Assembly: GCA_963828125.1 (NCBI GenBank) | Contig: CAWHDP010000002.1 | Span: 1,280,001-1,344,000, forward strand | Reading direction: 5' to 3' | From: an uncultured Chlamydiae bacterium | GTDB taxonomy: Bacteria > Chlamydiota > Chlamydiia > Chlamydiales > SM23-39 | Length of the DNA stretch: 64,000 bases | Shown: positions 47,577-57,575 of the stretch, one piece after another | Layout of the letters: each line of letters opens with the position of its first letter | Numbering within the stretch: position 1 is the first letter of the stretch | Notes under the pieces: model-generated | Told to the model about the DNA's origin: nothing | Databases searched by the model: none | The model's input: the letters and a program-made list of their open reading frames with translations, nothing else | Made by a program: the position numbers and the translations under genes

Positions 47577-50378
47577 ATGACTTACTTTCATACAAAATAT
47601 TGGGCGCATGCTTTAACTTTGAAAAAAGCATCAAGTAGTATTCAAAGTTTATCGCGTTCGATTGCAAGCGCAAAAGTAGATCTCAATCCGCATCAAGTTC
47701 ATGCTGCACTTTTTGCGCTTCAATCTCCATTTTCTCGTGGAGTCATTCTTGCTGATGAAGTTGGTCTTGGTAAAACAATTGAGGCAGGGCTTGTGATCGC
47801 CCAGAAATGGGCGGAGAAAAAAAGAAATATCCTTCTGATTGTTCCTGCATTTTTGAGAAAGCAATGGGAATTAGAACTTAAAGAAAAATTCTATCTTCCA
47901 GCTCGGATTTTGGATTCAAGAGGATTGGGAGCTAGCAATCCATTTGACGCTTCCGATGAAATTTTAATTTGTTCGTATCAATTCGCTGCTCAATACGCTA
48001 ACTCCCTACGAAAGAAATGGGACTTAGTCATCATCGATGAAGCCCACCGGATGCGGAATGTTTACAAGACCTCAAATAAGCAAGCCAAGGCCATTTCCGA
48101 TGCTCTCAGAGACAACTTCAAAGACGAAGGCTTTAAGATTGTTCTACTCACCGCAACCCCCCTCCAAAACAACCTAATGGAGTTATACGGACTGGTCAGT
48201 GTGATTGACCCCTATGCCTTCGGCGATGAGATGAGCTTTCGAGATCAATATGTGTCTAGGAATGAAGAAGAACGAAACAAAGAGCTGAAGAGAAGACTTC
48301 AACCACTTATTGTCCGCACTCTTCGAAAACAAGTCCAAGAATACATCCCTTTCACCAAGCGAAAGGCTATCACCCAGAACTTTACCCCCAACGACGACGA
48401 ACAGAGCCTTTATGAGGCCGTTTCCGCCTATTTGCAAAGAGACGATCTGGCAGCCCTTCCGAACAGCCAAAGACAACTCATCACCTTGATTTTAAGACGT
48501 ATTTTGGCCTCGTCTTCTTTTGCGATTACAGAGACCTTGAAAAAAATGATTGAGCGTCTGGAAACAGCAGGTCAGAAATCGCTCTACGAGGAGATGAGTC
48601 TTGAACAAATTGAAGCCTTAGATGAAGAACTGAAAGAAAGAATCCTATCGACCGCTCCAGATCAAGAAACAAGAGCTGAAAAAGAAAAAGTACGGCAAGA
48701 AGCCATTGAACTGAAATCCTATCTAGCTTTGGCTGAAAGAATTCAAAAGAACTCCAAAGGAGAAGCTCTTCTTGTCGCATTAGTGAAGGCTTTTAATCAG
48801 GCAGTTGAGTTAGGTGCCTCAAAAAAGGCCGTGATCTTTACCGAATCTACGCGTACTCAAGCCTATCTCTACAATCTCCTCAGCGAAAATGGGTATGCCG
48901 GAAAAGTGATCCGAATCAATGGATCGAACAATGATCCCGATTCTAAGGCCATCTATCAGGCTTGGCTAGAACAGCAAGACGAAAGTGGGCGACGATCTTC
49001 CAGCCGAGCAGTTGATATGAAAGCAGCTCTTGTCGCTGCTTTCCGCGACCAAGGAACCATTCTTCTTGCAACAGAAGCCGCAGCAGAGGGAGTCAATTTG
49101 CAATTCGCCTCTCTCGTGGTCAATTATGATCTTCCTTGGAACCCTCAAAGAATCGAACAACGGATCGGTCGCTGCCACCGCTATGGCCAAAAACATGACG
49201 TGGTCGTAGTGAATTTCGTAAACACTCGAAATGAAGCAGATAAACGGGTGTTTGAACTACTCAATGAAAAATTCAAGCTCTTCGACGGAGTTTTCGGAGC
49301 AAGCGATGAAGTTTTAGGAGCTATTGAATCCGGCGTTGATATTGAGTTGCGCATCCATCAGGTTTATCAGACTTGTCGAACCTCTGAGGAGATTCAACGG
49401 GCATTTGATCAATTACGTGAAGAGCTCGACGAGCAGATCCAAGCGAATCTTCAAAAAACCCGTCAAAATATCCTCGACCATTTCGATGAAGAAGTATCTT
49501 CACTCCTTAAAACGCGCCAGGCAGAAACTGAAAGTGCTCTTGGACAACGTGAGCGCTGGCTATTAAATCTTACCTGCCAAGAGTTAAATCAACCATCTTC
49601 CTCAGATCGTTCATTCGTACACGAAGGAATCCGATATTGTCCCGATTGGCGATTAGCTGAACAAAAAGGATGGACCTTCTTCCGTGAAGAAGATCCCTTA
49701 GCTGTTGACTTGATTCAACAAGCACTTCATCGCCCCCTTTCACCCGCCCGACTTATTTTTGATTACTCCTCTTATGATCAAAAACTTTCCCTCTTAGAAC
49801 CTCTTCAGGGACGCTCGGGTTGGATCGAATTGAACCGGATGGCAATCGATACATTTGAACGGGTTGAATCATTTATCTTTTGCGGTATCTCAGATGATGG
49901 GGAAATCATTGACCCAGAAACATGTGAGAAGCTCTTCTATTTGTCAGGACGCCTTGCTGAAAGAGCGCCCGATGAACCCGTCCCCTCATTCGTATCGCAA
50001 AGAGAAAAATTAAAAGAAGAGGCAATTTTAGAAGCCGAATCTCTGGCGGGTGGCGTCTACGACCAGGAAGTAGAAAAATTAGAGGAATGGTCTGATGATC
50101 TAAAAGAGGGCCTTGAGCGAGAAATCAATGATTTAAACAAACAAATCAAACAGGCCCGTAAAGGGGCCGCTTTATCTAAAACTCTCGCTGATAAACTGAC
50201 TCATCAAAGAAACATTCGAAATCTAGAAACACAGAAGGCTGAGAAACGACGAGCCCTCTTTGCTGAACAAGACCGCATCGATCTGCAACGAGATGAGCTA
50301 ATCTCTCGTCACGAGAAACGGCTTACCCCAAATGTTTCCATAGAACCCATTTTTACAATCCGCTGGAGCGTCGAGTAA
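47577..50378 (+). CDS. SNF2/RapA-like helicase
   Basis: LADEVGLGKT, DEAH, TATP, EGVNLQ, DLPWNP, QRIGRCHR. Confidence 0.93.
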   Translation: MTYFHTKYWAHALTLKKASSSIQSLSRSIASAKVDLNPHQVHAALFALQSPFSRGVILADEVGLGKTIEAGLVIAQKWAEKKRNILLIVPAFLRKQWELELKEKFYLPARILDSRGLGASNPFDASDEILICSYQFAAQYANSLRKKWDLVIIDEAHRMRNVYKTSNKQAKAISDALRDNFKDEGFKIVLLTATPLQNNLMELYGLVSVIDPYAFGDEMSFRDQYVSRNEEERNKELKRRLQPLIVRTLRKQVQEYIPFTKRKAITQNFTPNDDEQSLYEAVSAYLQRDDLAALPNSQRQLITLILRRILASSSFAITETLKKMIERLETAGQKSLYEEMSLEQIEALDEELKERILSTAPDQETRAEKEKVRQEAIELKSYLALAERIQKNSKGEALLVALVKAFNQAVELGASKKAVIFTESTRTQAYLYNLLSENGYAGKVIRINGSNNDPDSKAIYQAWLEQQDESGRRSSSRAVDMKAALVAAFRDQGTILLATEAAAEGVNLQFASLVVNYDLPWNPQRIEQRIGRCHRYGQKHDVVVVNFVNTRNEADKRVFELLNEKFKLFDGVFGASDEVLGAIESGVDIELRIHQVYQTCRTSEEIQRAFDQLREELDEQIQANLQKTRQNILDHFDEEVSSLLKTRQAETESALGQRERWLLNLTCQELNQPSSSDRSFVHEGIRYCPDWRLAEQKGWTFFREEDPLAVDLIQQALHRPLSPARLIFDYSSYDQKLSLLEPLQGRSGWIELNRMAIDTFERVESFIFCGISDDGEIIDPETCEKLFYLSGRLAERAPDEPVPSFVSQREKLKEEAILEAESLAGGVYDQEVEKLEEWSDDLKEGLEREINDLNKQIKQARKGAALSKTLADKLTHQRNIRNLETQKAEKRRALFAEQDRIDLQRDELISRHEKRLTPNVSIEPIFTIRWSVE

Positions 50379-51943
50379 TGAATCAACCACAACAATATAA
50401 ACTCGAATTGGTTTTTCCCGGGAAGAGAGAAAGACAAAGACCGGAACCCCGAATCCTAATCAAAAAAGAGGTGGTCAAGGGAAAGAAGAAAGGCCTCGAC
50501 GACAATTTGCTGATTCATGGAGACAATCTTCTTGGGTTGAAGGCTCTTGAGAGAGAATACACGGGCAAAATCCGTTGTATTTACATCGATCCACCCTACA
50601 ACACAAAAAGCTGTTTCACCCACTACGATGACAGTATGGAGCATTCGCTCTGGCTGAATATGATGAAAGAACGACTCATCATTCTCCAACGACTCCTGCG
50701 CAAAGATGGGACTATATGGATTTCGATAGATGATGATGAATGTCACTATTTGAAGGTGCTTTGCGATGAGATTTTTGGACGCAAAAATTTTGTGACCAAC
50801 ATTATCTGGCAGCATAGCTTACAACCAAAAGGCTACAAAAACATCTTCTCTGTTCATCACAATCACATATTGGTTTACAGAAAATCAAAAGATTTTAACC
50901 TAAAGCAATTTGAAAGGACTGACGCTCATAATAAAGCCTATTCCAATCCTGATAAAGATCCAAAAGGACTCTGGAGAAGTGGTGATGTTAGAAACAGTTT
51001 ATATAGACCGAATCTGATTTACGAAATTCGTTCACCCTCTGGAAAAATCATAAAACCCCCTTCCAATGGATGGAGATGGAGTAAAGAAACCATACAAGGA
51101 AAAATCAAGAGCGGCGAAGTCATATTTAGCGAAGATGAAACTCGAATAATAAGAAAAATTTATCTCAAAGACCAAGAAGGAAGATCTCCAGAAACAATTT
51201 GGTTTGCACAGGATGTTGGATCAACCAGAGAAGCCAATAAGGAAATCAAAAAAATATTCCAAAAAGACCCGTTCTGCACCCCCAAACCAGAGCGTCTGAT
51301 CCAACGTATTCTCTACCTTGCTACCGATCCTGGGGACATCGTCCTTGATTGTTTTGCTGGTTCGGGAACCACGGGCGCAGTCGCTCATAAGATGAAAAGG
51401 CGCTGGATCATGATTGAAATGGGTAAGCACGCCGAAACTCATATTCTTCCCCGTCTTAAAAAAGTGATTAATGGGGATGATCCTGGCGGAGTCACTATAC
51501 CAGTTGAGTGGGAAGAAGGAGGGGCATTTCGTTTTTGCAAATTAGCCCCCTCTCTGCTTGAGAAAAGCGTGCTAGGCCGTCCTGTTCTGAGCAAAAAATA
51601 TGATGAAGAGATGCTACAGGAAGCGATCTGCAAGCTCGAAGGATTCTCCTACGTTGTTCCTGCTGAAAGAGAATCCTGGTGGCATCACGGCTATTCTTCA
51701 GATCGGGATTTTATTTATGTGACCATCTCAACACTGTCTCGGGCCCAACTGGCTGCCTTGAGCGAAGAAGTTGGGTCCAGTCGGTCACTGTTGATCTTCT
51801 GTGGGGCATTCACTTGTGATACCAGTGATTTTGAAAATCTTACGGTAAAGAAAATCCCCAAAGCCATCTTAAGCAAACACGAATGGGACCAGGATGATTA
51901 CAGCCTGAAGCCAACGAATAAACGGAAAACTGCAAGAGTTTAA
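50378..51943 (+). CDS. mod: Type III RM methyltransferase (Mod)
   Basis: IHGDNL, YIDPPYN, TPKPE, FAGSGTT. Confidence 0.92.
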   Translation: MNQPQQYKLELVFPGKRERQRPEPRILIKKEVVKGKKKGLDDNLLIHGDNLLGLKALEREYTGKIRCIYIDPPYNTKSCFTHYDDSMEHSLWLNMMKERLIILQRLLRKDGTIWISIDDDECHYLKVLCDEIFGRKNFVTNIIWQHSLQPKGYKNIFSVHHNHILVYRKSKDFNLKQFERTDAHNKAYSNPDKDPKGLWRSGDVRNSLYRPNLIYEIRSPSGKIIKPPSNGWRWSKETIQGKIKSGEVIFSEDETRIIRKIYLKDQEGRSPETIWFAQDVGSTREANKEIKKIFQKDPFCTPKPERLIQRILYLATDPGDIVLDCFAGSGTTGAVAHKMKRRWIMIEMGKHAETHILPRLKKVINGDDPGGVTIPVEWEEGGAFRFCKLAPSLLEKSVLGRPVLSKKYDEEMLQEAICKLEGFSYVVPAERESWWHHGYSSDRDFIYVTISTLSRAQLAALSEEVGSSRSLLIFCGAFTCDTSDFENLTVKKIPKAILSKHEWDQDDYSLKPTNKRKTARV

Positions 51944-51946
51944 ACC

Positions 51947-54550
51947 ATGAATCCAACGATACGCCAAATTACTCAGAGAATGAGCCTTAGAAAGCCTCAG
52001 ATTGAAGCATTAGAAGTTCTAGCCGGAGCCGTTGAACTGTTGCCGATGGATCAAACGACCGATTTGAAGGAACGCCTTGCTAAATTGCAAAGCAAATATC
52101 CTCAGGTTTCCGATTTCGAGAGAGACTTCCCAAACTTAAGTTTTGCTCTAGCAACTGGTGTAGGTAAAACAAGGCTTATGGGAGCCATGATCGCTTATCT
52201 TGCTTCAGTTAAGAACTTGCGCGATTTTGTTCTTCTTGCTCCCAACAATACTATTTTGGAAAAACTCGTCCGAGAATTCTCTAATCCCAGTGATCCAAAA
52301 TATGTATTTCGAGGAATTAGTGAGTTTGCCAATCAACCGCCTACTATTGTGACTAATGAAAATTTCGATGAAGGATATGGCGTCAGAAATGAATGGGCCA
52401 ATCAGTCTGATCTATTCGGAGGTGAAGACGTTCACATTTACATTTTCAACATCTCAATGATCAACAGCGACAACAGACGGATGAAAAGTCCCCGAGAGAT
52501 GATCACTGGTGGAATTAGTTATTTTGAATATCTTTCACAAATTGAGAACCTTGTTGTTCTCATGGACGAAGCTCACAGATATCGCGCTCCAAATTCAGCA
52601 AAAGCAATTGGAGAGTTAAAGCCGATTTTGGGAATCGAAATGACTGCAACCCCACAAATTGAAGTCAGTGGTCGCACCATAATGTTTCAAAACATTCTTT
52701 ACGAATATCCCCTATCGGAAGCACTTAAAGATGGCTATGTTAAAGAACCTTGGGTCGCTGGCAGAGAGAATTTTAAAAACAGTCAATTAACAGATGAGGC
52801 TCTTGAGCGCCTCAAGATTGAAGATGGGTTGCGTATTCATGAGGGGACAAAGATCCACCTACAAAATTACTGCTACGAATCTGGCCGCTCTCTAGTCAAA
52901 CCTTTTATGCTGATTATCGCAGTAAATTTGGCCCACGCAAACCGATTAGAAAGTTTGGTCAAAAGCGATGACTTTTTCGAAGGACAGTACAAAAACAAGG
53001 TTCGTGTCGTCCATTCGGGAGTAAAACTTGAAGAGGAAGAAAGAATGGTGCGAGATCTCCTTGAGATCGAGTCATTCGAGAATCCTATCGAGATCGTCAT
53101 CCACGTCAACATGCTGAAAGAAGGTTGGGACGTCGTTAACCTCTATACAATCGTTCCCTTGCGTGCAGCTAACTCCAAAACATTGATTGAACAATCGCTG
53201 GGACGCGGTCTTAGGCTCCCGTTCGGTAAGCGCACAGGAAATACCGAAATCGACCGCCTCACAATTGTCTCGCACGATCGCTTCGACGAGATTGTATTGG
53301 AAGCACAGAAATCTGATTCCCTCATCAAAAAAGGATTCATGATTGGCCGGGATTTCCCCGAAGAAGGATTACAAAATATTGAAGTTAAACCAGCAATCAT
53401 GACTGAAGTCGAGTCTTATGGCGAAATCAAGAAGTTGATTGCGGAAAAGACATTTGAACAAATCGAGAAAATAGGCACCAGGGACCCCATCAAGATTGGT
53501 GAAGCTGTAATCGATAGTATTGGTGAACAAGCCCAGAGCGAAACAATTACTCAAACCGTAGCTGATGTCTTAAAGAGATATGAAGCCCTTTCCATCCGCA
53601 TCCCCAAAATTTATGTTGAGCCAGCTGTGGTCAAGGCGGGACGATATCGCCCATTTACTCTAGATCTAAAATATCTGAATCTGCAACCGATGGTTTCGGC
53701 CATTATAAAAAAGAATCTGGAGAGTGGCTATCAAGAACGAATGACAACCGTATCTCCTATTCAACTGGACGAGTCCCCAGTTGACTATTTGGCTAAGTCT
53801 CTTCTTGATTCTGATTCGATCTCCGAAAGTGAAGAAAATACTGACCTCGCTTTGAATTTATCAAACCAGGCTGTCCTACACCTACGTTCCTACCTAAAGT
53901 CTGAACGGGATGTAGAGACTGTACTCAGTCAACATGGGCCAGCAATAGCGCAGCAGATTTACTCTCAAATGAAAATCCATTACGAACCCCCAGTGCAGCG
54001 GTTCACCTCCTCATCCGGCCGAGATTTTACATTTTTGAAAAGCGTTCATCACGCTATGCCAAAAGGAGCTGTTGAAATCCTATTCAGTCAGACACCCGAA
54101 AATAAATCCTCACTCTCGCGATATCTCTTTACTGGATTCAAAAAATCCATCTACCCTTCAGTAAAATTTGATTCCGATAGTGAACGAATTTTTGCCTGCG
54201 TTCTTGAGCAAGATACAAGCGTTCTCAAATGGGTAAAGCCTCCTCGTAAATCAATCCGCCTCTACTATCTCCGAGACCTTCGATACGAACCAGATTTTAT
54301 CGTAGAGACTCAAGATGGACTCTTCATGTGCGAAGTAAAAAGTAGCGCTGAAATGGAAGATCCTATTGTCATCCAAAAAAAGGAGGCCGCGACTCATTGG
54401 TGTGCGTTAGCTACTCAACACGCTCAAGAGCATCAGGCCAAACCCTGGGCATATCTTTTGATACCCCACAATGAAGTGCGACTCACTACGTCATTTTCAA
54501 GTTTTATTGCCCAATTCAAAGTATTTGAACAAAAAACTGGGGTCGAATGA
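51947..54550 (+). CDS. res: Type III RM restriction subunit (Res)
   Basis: ATGVGKT, DEAH, EGWDV, GRGLRLP, C-terminal YEPDF...EVK. Confidence 0.92.
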   Translation: MNPTIRQITQRMSLRKPQIEALEVLAGAVELLPMDQTTDLKERLAKLQSKYPQVSDFERDFPNLSFALATGVGKTRLMGAMIAYLASVKNLRDFVLLAPNNTILEKLVREFSNPSDPKYVFRGISEFANQPPTIVTNENFDEGYGVRNEWANQSDLFGGEDVHIYIFNISMINSDNRRMKSPREMITGGISYFEYLSQIENLVVLMDEAHRYRAPNSAKAIGELKPILGIEMTATPQIEVSGRTIMFQNILYEYPLSEALKDGYVKEPWVAGRENFKNSQLTDEALERLKIEDGLRIHEGTKIHLQNYCYESGRSLVKPFMLIIAVNLAHANRLESLVKSDDFFEGQYKNKVRVVHSGVKLEEEERMVRDLLEIESFENPIEIVIHVNMLKEGWDVVNLYTIVPLRAANSKTLIEQSLGRGLRLPFGKRTGNTEIDRLTIVSHDRFDEIVLEAQKSDSLIKKGFMIGRDFPEEGLQNIEVKPAIMTEVESYGEIKKLIAEKTFEQIEKIGTRDPIKIGEAVIDSIGEQAQSETITQTVADVLKRYEALSIRIPKIYVEPAVVKAGRYRPFTLDLKYLNLQPMVSAIIKKNLESGYQERMTTVSPIQLDESPVDYLAKSLLDSDSISESEENTDLALNLSNQAVLHLRSYLKSERDVETVLSQHGPAIAQQIYSQMKIHYEPPVQRFTSSSGRDFTFLKSVHHAMPKGAVEILFSQTPENKSSLSRYLFTGFKKSIYPSVKFDSDSERIFACVLEQDTSVLKWVKPPRKSIRLYYLRDLRYEPDFIVETQDGLFMCEVKSSAEMEDPIVIQKKEAATHWCALATQHAQEHQAKPWAYLLIPHNEVRLTTSFSSFIAQFKVFEQKTGVE

Positions 54551-55389
54551 CCCATCCATTCACCATTAATCTTTTCCTGCCTGATGGCATTCCAGAGGGG
54601 CTAAAAATTATTGAGAAATCAAACTGGAGCGGCTGCGGCCTCTCTTTGCCACGCGCTTCATTTTCCAAACACAAACAACGCCTCGAATTCCAAAAACCTG
54701 GTATTTATTTCCTAATTGGAGATTTGGACGTCGAACCCAAAATGTATATTGGAGAAGGAGATCCTCTTTTAAATCGAATCCTCTCACATAGCCAAAATAA
54801 GAACTTTTGGGATCTTCTCATTGCTTTTACCTCTAAAGATCAAAATCTTAATAAATCAGCGATCCAATATTTAGAAGCTCATCTCATTCAGCTAGCTCAT
54901 AATACAGGCCGATTCTCAGTGATGAACGAAAAAAATCCAAGAGAACCCTCTCTTTCGGAAATGGATCGTGCTGTCTGCGATGGATATCTGAGAGAGTTGT
55001 TGCTTTGTTTGCCCCTACTCGGGATCAATCTAAGTAGAGAACCAGCGGGTTGCCATCCTGCCAACAAACTTTTTATTAGAGCAAAAAATTTAAATGCTTC
55101 TGGGTCAGAAAGTCCCGAAGGTTTTTTAGTGCACAAAGAATCACAAGCAACATTCATTGAAGCTCCTTCGATTCCTCCAGGCATTAAAGCTCTTCGAAGC
55201 ACCTTAATTGAAAGAGGCATTTTAACAAAGTTAGAAACAAATACTTTTAAATTCTCTCAAAATTATCTCTTCAGCTCTCCATCTACAGCCTCCTCCGTAA
55301 TCTTAGGAAGAAGTTCAAACGGCCGTCTTGAGTGGAGAAATGAAAAAGGTCGCTCTCTGGGAGAAATTGAGGACTCTAATGAAAACTAA
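54547..55389 (+). CDS. GIY-YIG nuclease + DUF4357
   Basis: PGIYFL...MYIGE, YLE, FSSPSTA...GRSSNGRLEW. Confidence 0.88.
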   Translation: MTHPFTINLFLPDGIPEGLKIIEKSNWSGCGLSLPRASFSKHKQRLEFQKPGIYFLIGDLDVEPKMYIGEGDPLLNRILSHSQNKNFWDLLIAFTSKDQNLNKSAIQYLEAHLIQLAHNTGRFSVMNEKNPREPSLSEMDRAVCDGYLRELLLCLPLLGINLSREPAGCHPANKLFIRAKNLNASGSESPEGFLVHKESQATFIEAPSIPPGIKALRSTLIERGILTKLETNTFKFSQNYLFSSPSTASSVILGRSSNGRLEWRNEKGRSLGEIEDSNEN

Positions 55390-56128
55390 GGTAACTTTCG
55401 ACCCTTCTTCGGAAAAATCATTCAAACTTAGTCGATCAAAAATTGATCTCTATTGCGAATGTCCCCGTTGTTTTTATCTCGACCGACGGCTTGGAGTTAC
55501 CCGTCCACCAGGATTTCCATTCAATCTCAATTCAGCCGTCGATCATCTTCTTAAAAAAGAGTTCGATTCATATCGGACTCAAGGCTTGCCTCATCCACTG
55601 ATGACACAAAATAATGTAGCTGCGATTCCCTTCACACATGAAAAAATAGATGAATGGCGGAATAACCGTAAAGGGATCACATTTTTACACAAGGCAACCA
55701 ATTTTCTCGTCTATGGAAGTATTGACGATCTCTGGCTCAGTCCCAGCGGTGAGCTGATCGTTGTAGATTATAAGGCGACCAGTAAAAAAGAAGAGGTCAC
55801 TCTCGACTCAGCCTGGCAAGATGGTTATAAACGCCAAATAGAGATCTATCAGTGGCTCTTTAGACAAAACGGATTCAACGTGTCCAATACAGGGTACTTC
55901 GTCTACTGCAATGGTAAAAAAGATAGAGAGCAGTTCGGAGCTAAATTAGACTTTGATATCTCGGTTCTACCCTATGTTGGAAACGATTCATGGATTGAAC
56001 CAAAATTGATCGAAATTCGTCAATCTCTTGACTCCAACGCTTTGGCAGAACCAAGCCCTGAATGTGATTATTGCAGTTATCGCGCAGCAGCAAGCAATCT
56101 TGAAGGCATTTCTAGACAATTGTCCTGA
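55379..56128 (+). CDS. PD-(D/E)XK nuclease (AddB/Cas4-like)
   Basis: LSRSKI...CPRCFY, GSIDD, VDYK, QIEIY, CDYC. Confidence 0.88.
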   Translation: MKTKVTFDPSSEKSFKLSRSKIDLYCECPRCFYLDRRLGVTRPPGFPFNLNSAVDHLLKKEFDSYRTQGLPHPLMTQNNVAAIPFTHEKIDEWRNNRKGITFLHKATNFLVYGSIDDLWLSPSGELIVVDYKATSKKEEVTLDSAWQDGYKRQIEIYQWLFRQNGFNVSNTGYFVYCNGKKDREQFGAKLDFDISVLPYVGNDSWIEPKLIEIRQSLDSNALAEPSPECDYCSYRAAASNLEGISRQLS

Positions 56129-56202
56129 TTCTATTTCACTTAGAAATATTCCCGTTTTTTAATATTATTTGTGGCTTAGACGAACGATCGGGGAAACTCC
56201 AT

Positions 56203-56640
56203 ATGCCTGAAAATACAGGTCGAATACAGGCAAAAGGCCAATTTCCGAAAGGAAAATCTGGAAATCCCAGAGGCAAGCCAAAAGGCGCCCGCCATAGGTC
56301 CAGTCTTATCGCCGAACAGCTATTCGCTGGTGAAATCCAAAACATCTGCAAAATAGTGATTGAGGAGGCCAAGGCTGGCGATATACAAGCGGCGAAAATG
56401 ATTCTAGACCGGCTTCTGCCACCAAGGAAGGACAACCTGATCCAAATCGATCTCCCCAAAATAGAAAGCAGCTCTGACATCCTGAAAGCTGTGGGATGCA
56501 TTACCGATGCGGTAGGGGCTGGTCAAATCTCCCCTTCTGAAGCTGAAGCGCTCGCCCGCATTATCGACATTCACACAAAAGCCCTAGAGTTGAATGAGTT
56601 CGAAAAACGGCTTGTCGCGCTGGAGGGGGGCAAGAAATGA
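56203..56640 (+). CDS. DUF5681-like protein
   Basis: GQFPKGKSGNPRGKPKG, GDIQAAKMILDR. Confidence 0.85.
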   Translation: MPENTGRIQAKGQFPKGKSGNPRGKPKGARHRSSLIAEQLFAGEIQNICKIVIEEAKAGDIQAAKMILDRLLPPRKDNLIQIDLPKIESSSDILKAVGCITDAVGAGQISPSEAEALARIIDIHTKALELNEFEKRLVALEGGKK

Positions 56641-56858
56641 AAGCTTCCAATAAAAAGCGCATAGAATCCCTAGAGAAGACAAAGACAGGATCTGTATCAG
56701 CATCTGTCGTCATATACGATCCTAGAGCTCCCTTCCATGTAAATTCACTCCATGGCACAGGTGTTTGCATTCTCATCCCCGATAATGGAAGAATGAAGTA
56801 CCACGCCATAGCACAAGCAGTTGAAAGTTCCTCGAAAGATCTAATGCCTGAGAAATGA
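56637..56858 (+). CDS. Small hypothetical protein
   Basis: ATGA-coupled to DUF5681; IPDNGR motif. Confidence 0.55.
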   Translation: MKASNKKRIESLEKTKTGSVSASVVIYDPRAPFHVNSLHGTGVCILIPDNGRMKYHAIAQAVESSSKDLMPEK

Positions 56859-56913
56859 TATGAACCTTCAAAAATATCCCAGAATTGAGTATACTTCAAT
56901 CGACTAAGGGTCA

Positions 56914-57420
56914 ATGACAAAAATTCGAATTTATCGTGATTCCGGCGCCGACATCTCTATCTTGAAGAGCATTGCTTCCCAGTGTGACTTTTACCAATTT
57001 CCCTATGATTCCCCGGATCGACCCAAGAAAAAACTTTTGCTCGCAATACCCTCTGAATGCCCATGGCAAGATTGGCATGTTCCTTGGGAAGAAAGTTCAG
57101 GAACATCCTGGGAAGGCATGATCGGAAGTACTCTCTATAGTGAAATTGAAGCGATTATAGGAGCGTCAAATCGCAGGGATGTCCTCCACTTCGATTCGGC
57201 GTATAAAACCGGATGCCATGTATTCCTTACCTCCGATAAGGGGGATATCTGGTCGAAAAGAGCCTCTCTTGAAAATCTGACAGGAATCAAAGTTTTTCTC
57301 ACCCCATTCGAATCCGAAGCAGCTCTCATGTACATCTCTACCCTCCTGAACGCCCCGCCGGTTGAAAAACCGCTTGATTCGGGGAAAGAATGCGCCAATC
57401 AGAATGACCCTCTACCTTGA
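56914..57420 (+). CDS. PIN-like domain protein
   Basis: IYRDS...DVLHFDSAYKTGCHVFLTSD. Confidence 0.6.
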   Translation: MTKIRIYRDSGADISILKSIASQCDFYQFPYDSPDRPKKKLLLAIPSECPWQDWHVPWEESSGTSWEGMIGSTLYSEIEAIIGASNRRDVLHFDSAYKTGCHVFLTSDKGDIWSKRASLENLTGIKVFLTPFESEAALMYISTLLNAPPVEKPLDSGKECANQNDPLP

Positions 57421-57505
57421 CGTTCTTGAATAGGAGATCGATGATTCTAGCGACCATTAAAAGCGCCTCTAGTGTCAGGCTCTTTTGAAAGTTTACTGCT
57501 CGCTC

Positions 57506-57570
57506 TTGCTAAAATTGCTGAGCCTGCTAAAGCCATTCATTTCCTTTAGCTATTTTAGCAAAATTAGCAC
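57506..57570. repeat. Iteron-like array of element 1: three TGCTAA-like and three inverted TTAGCA-like repeats
   Basis: 9-bp periodic repeats at 57506-32 and 57545-70, immediately after the replication gene stop. Confidence 0.65.
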
Positions 57571-57575
57571 CCCGA

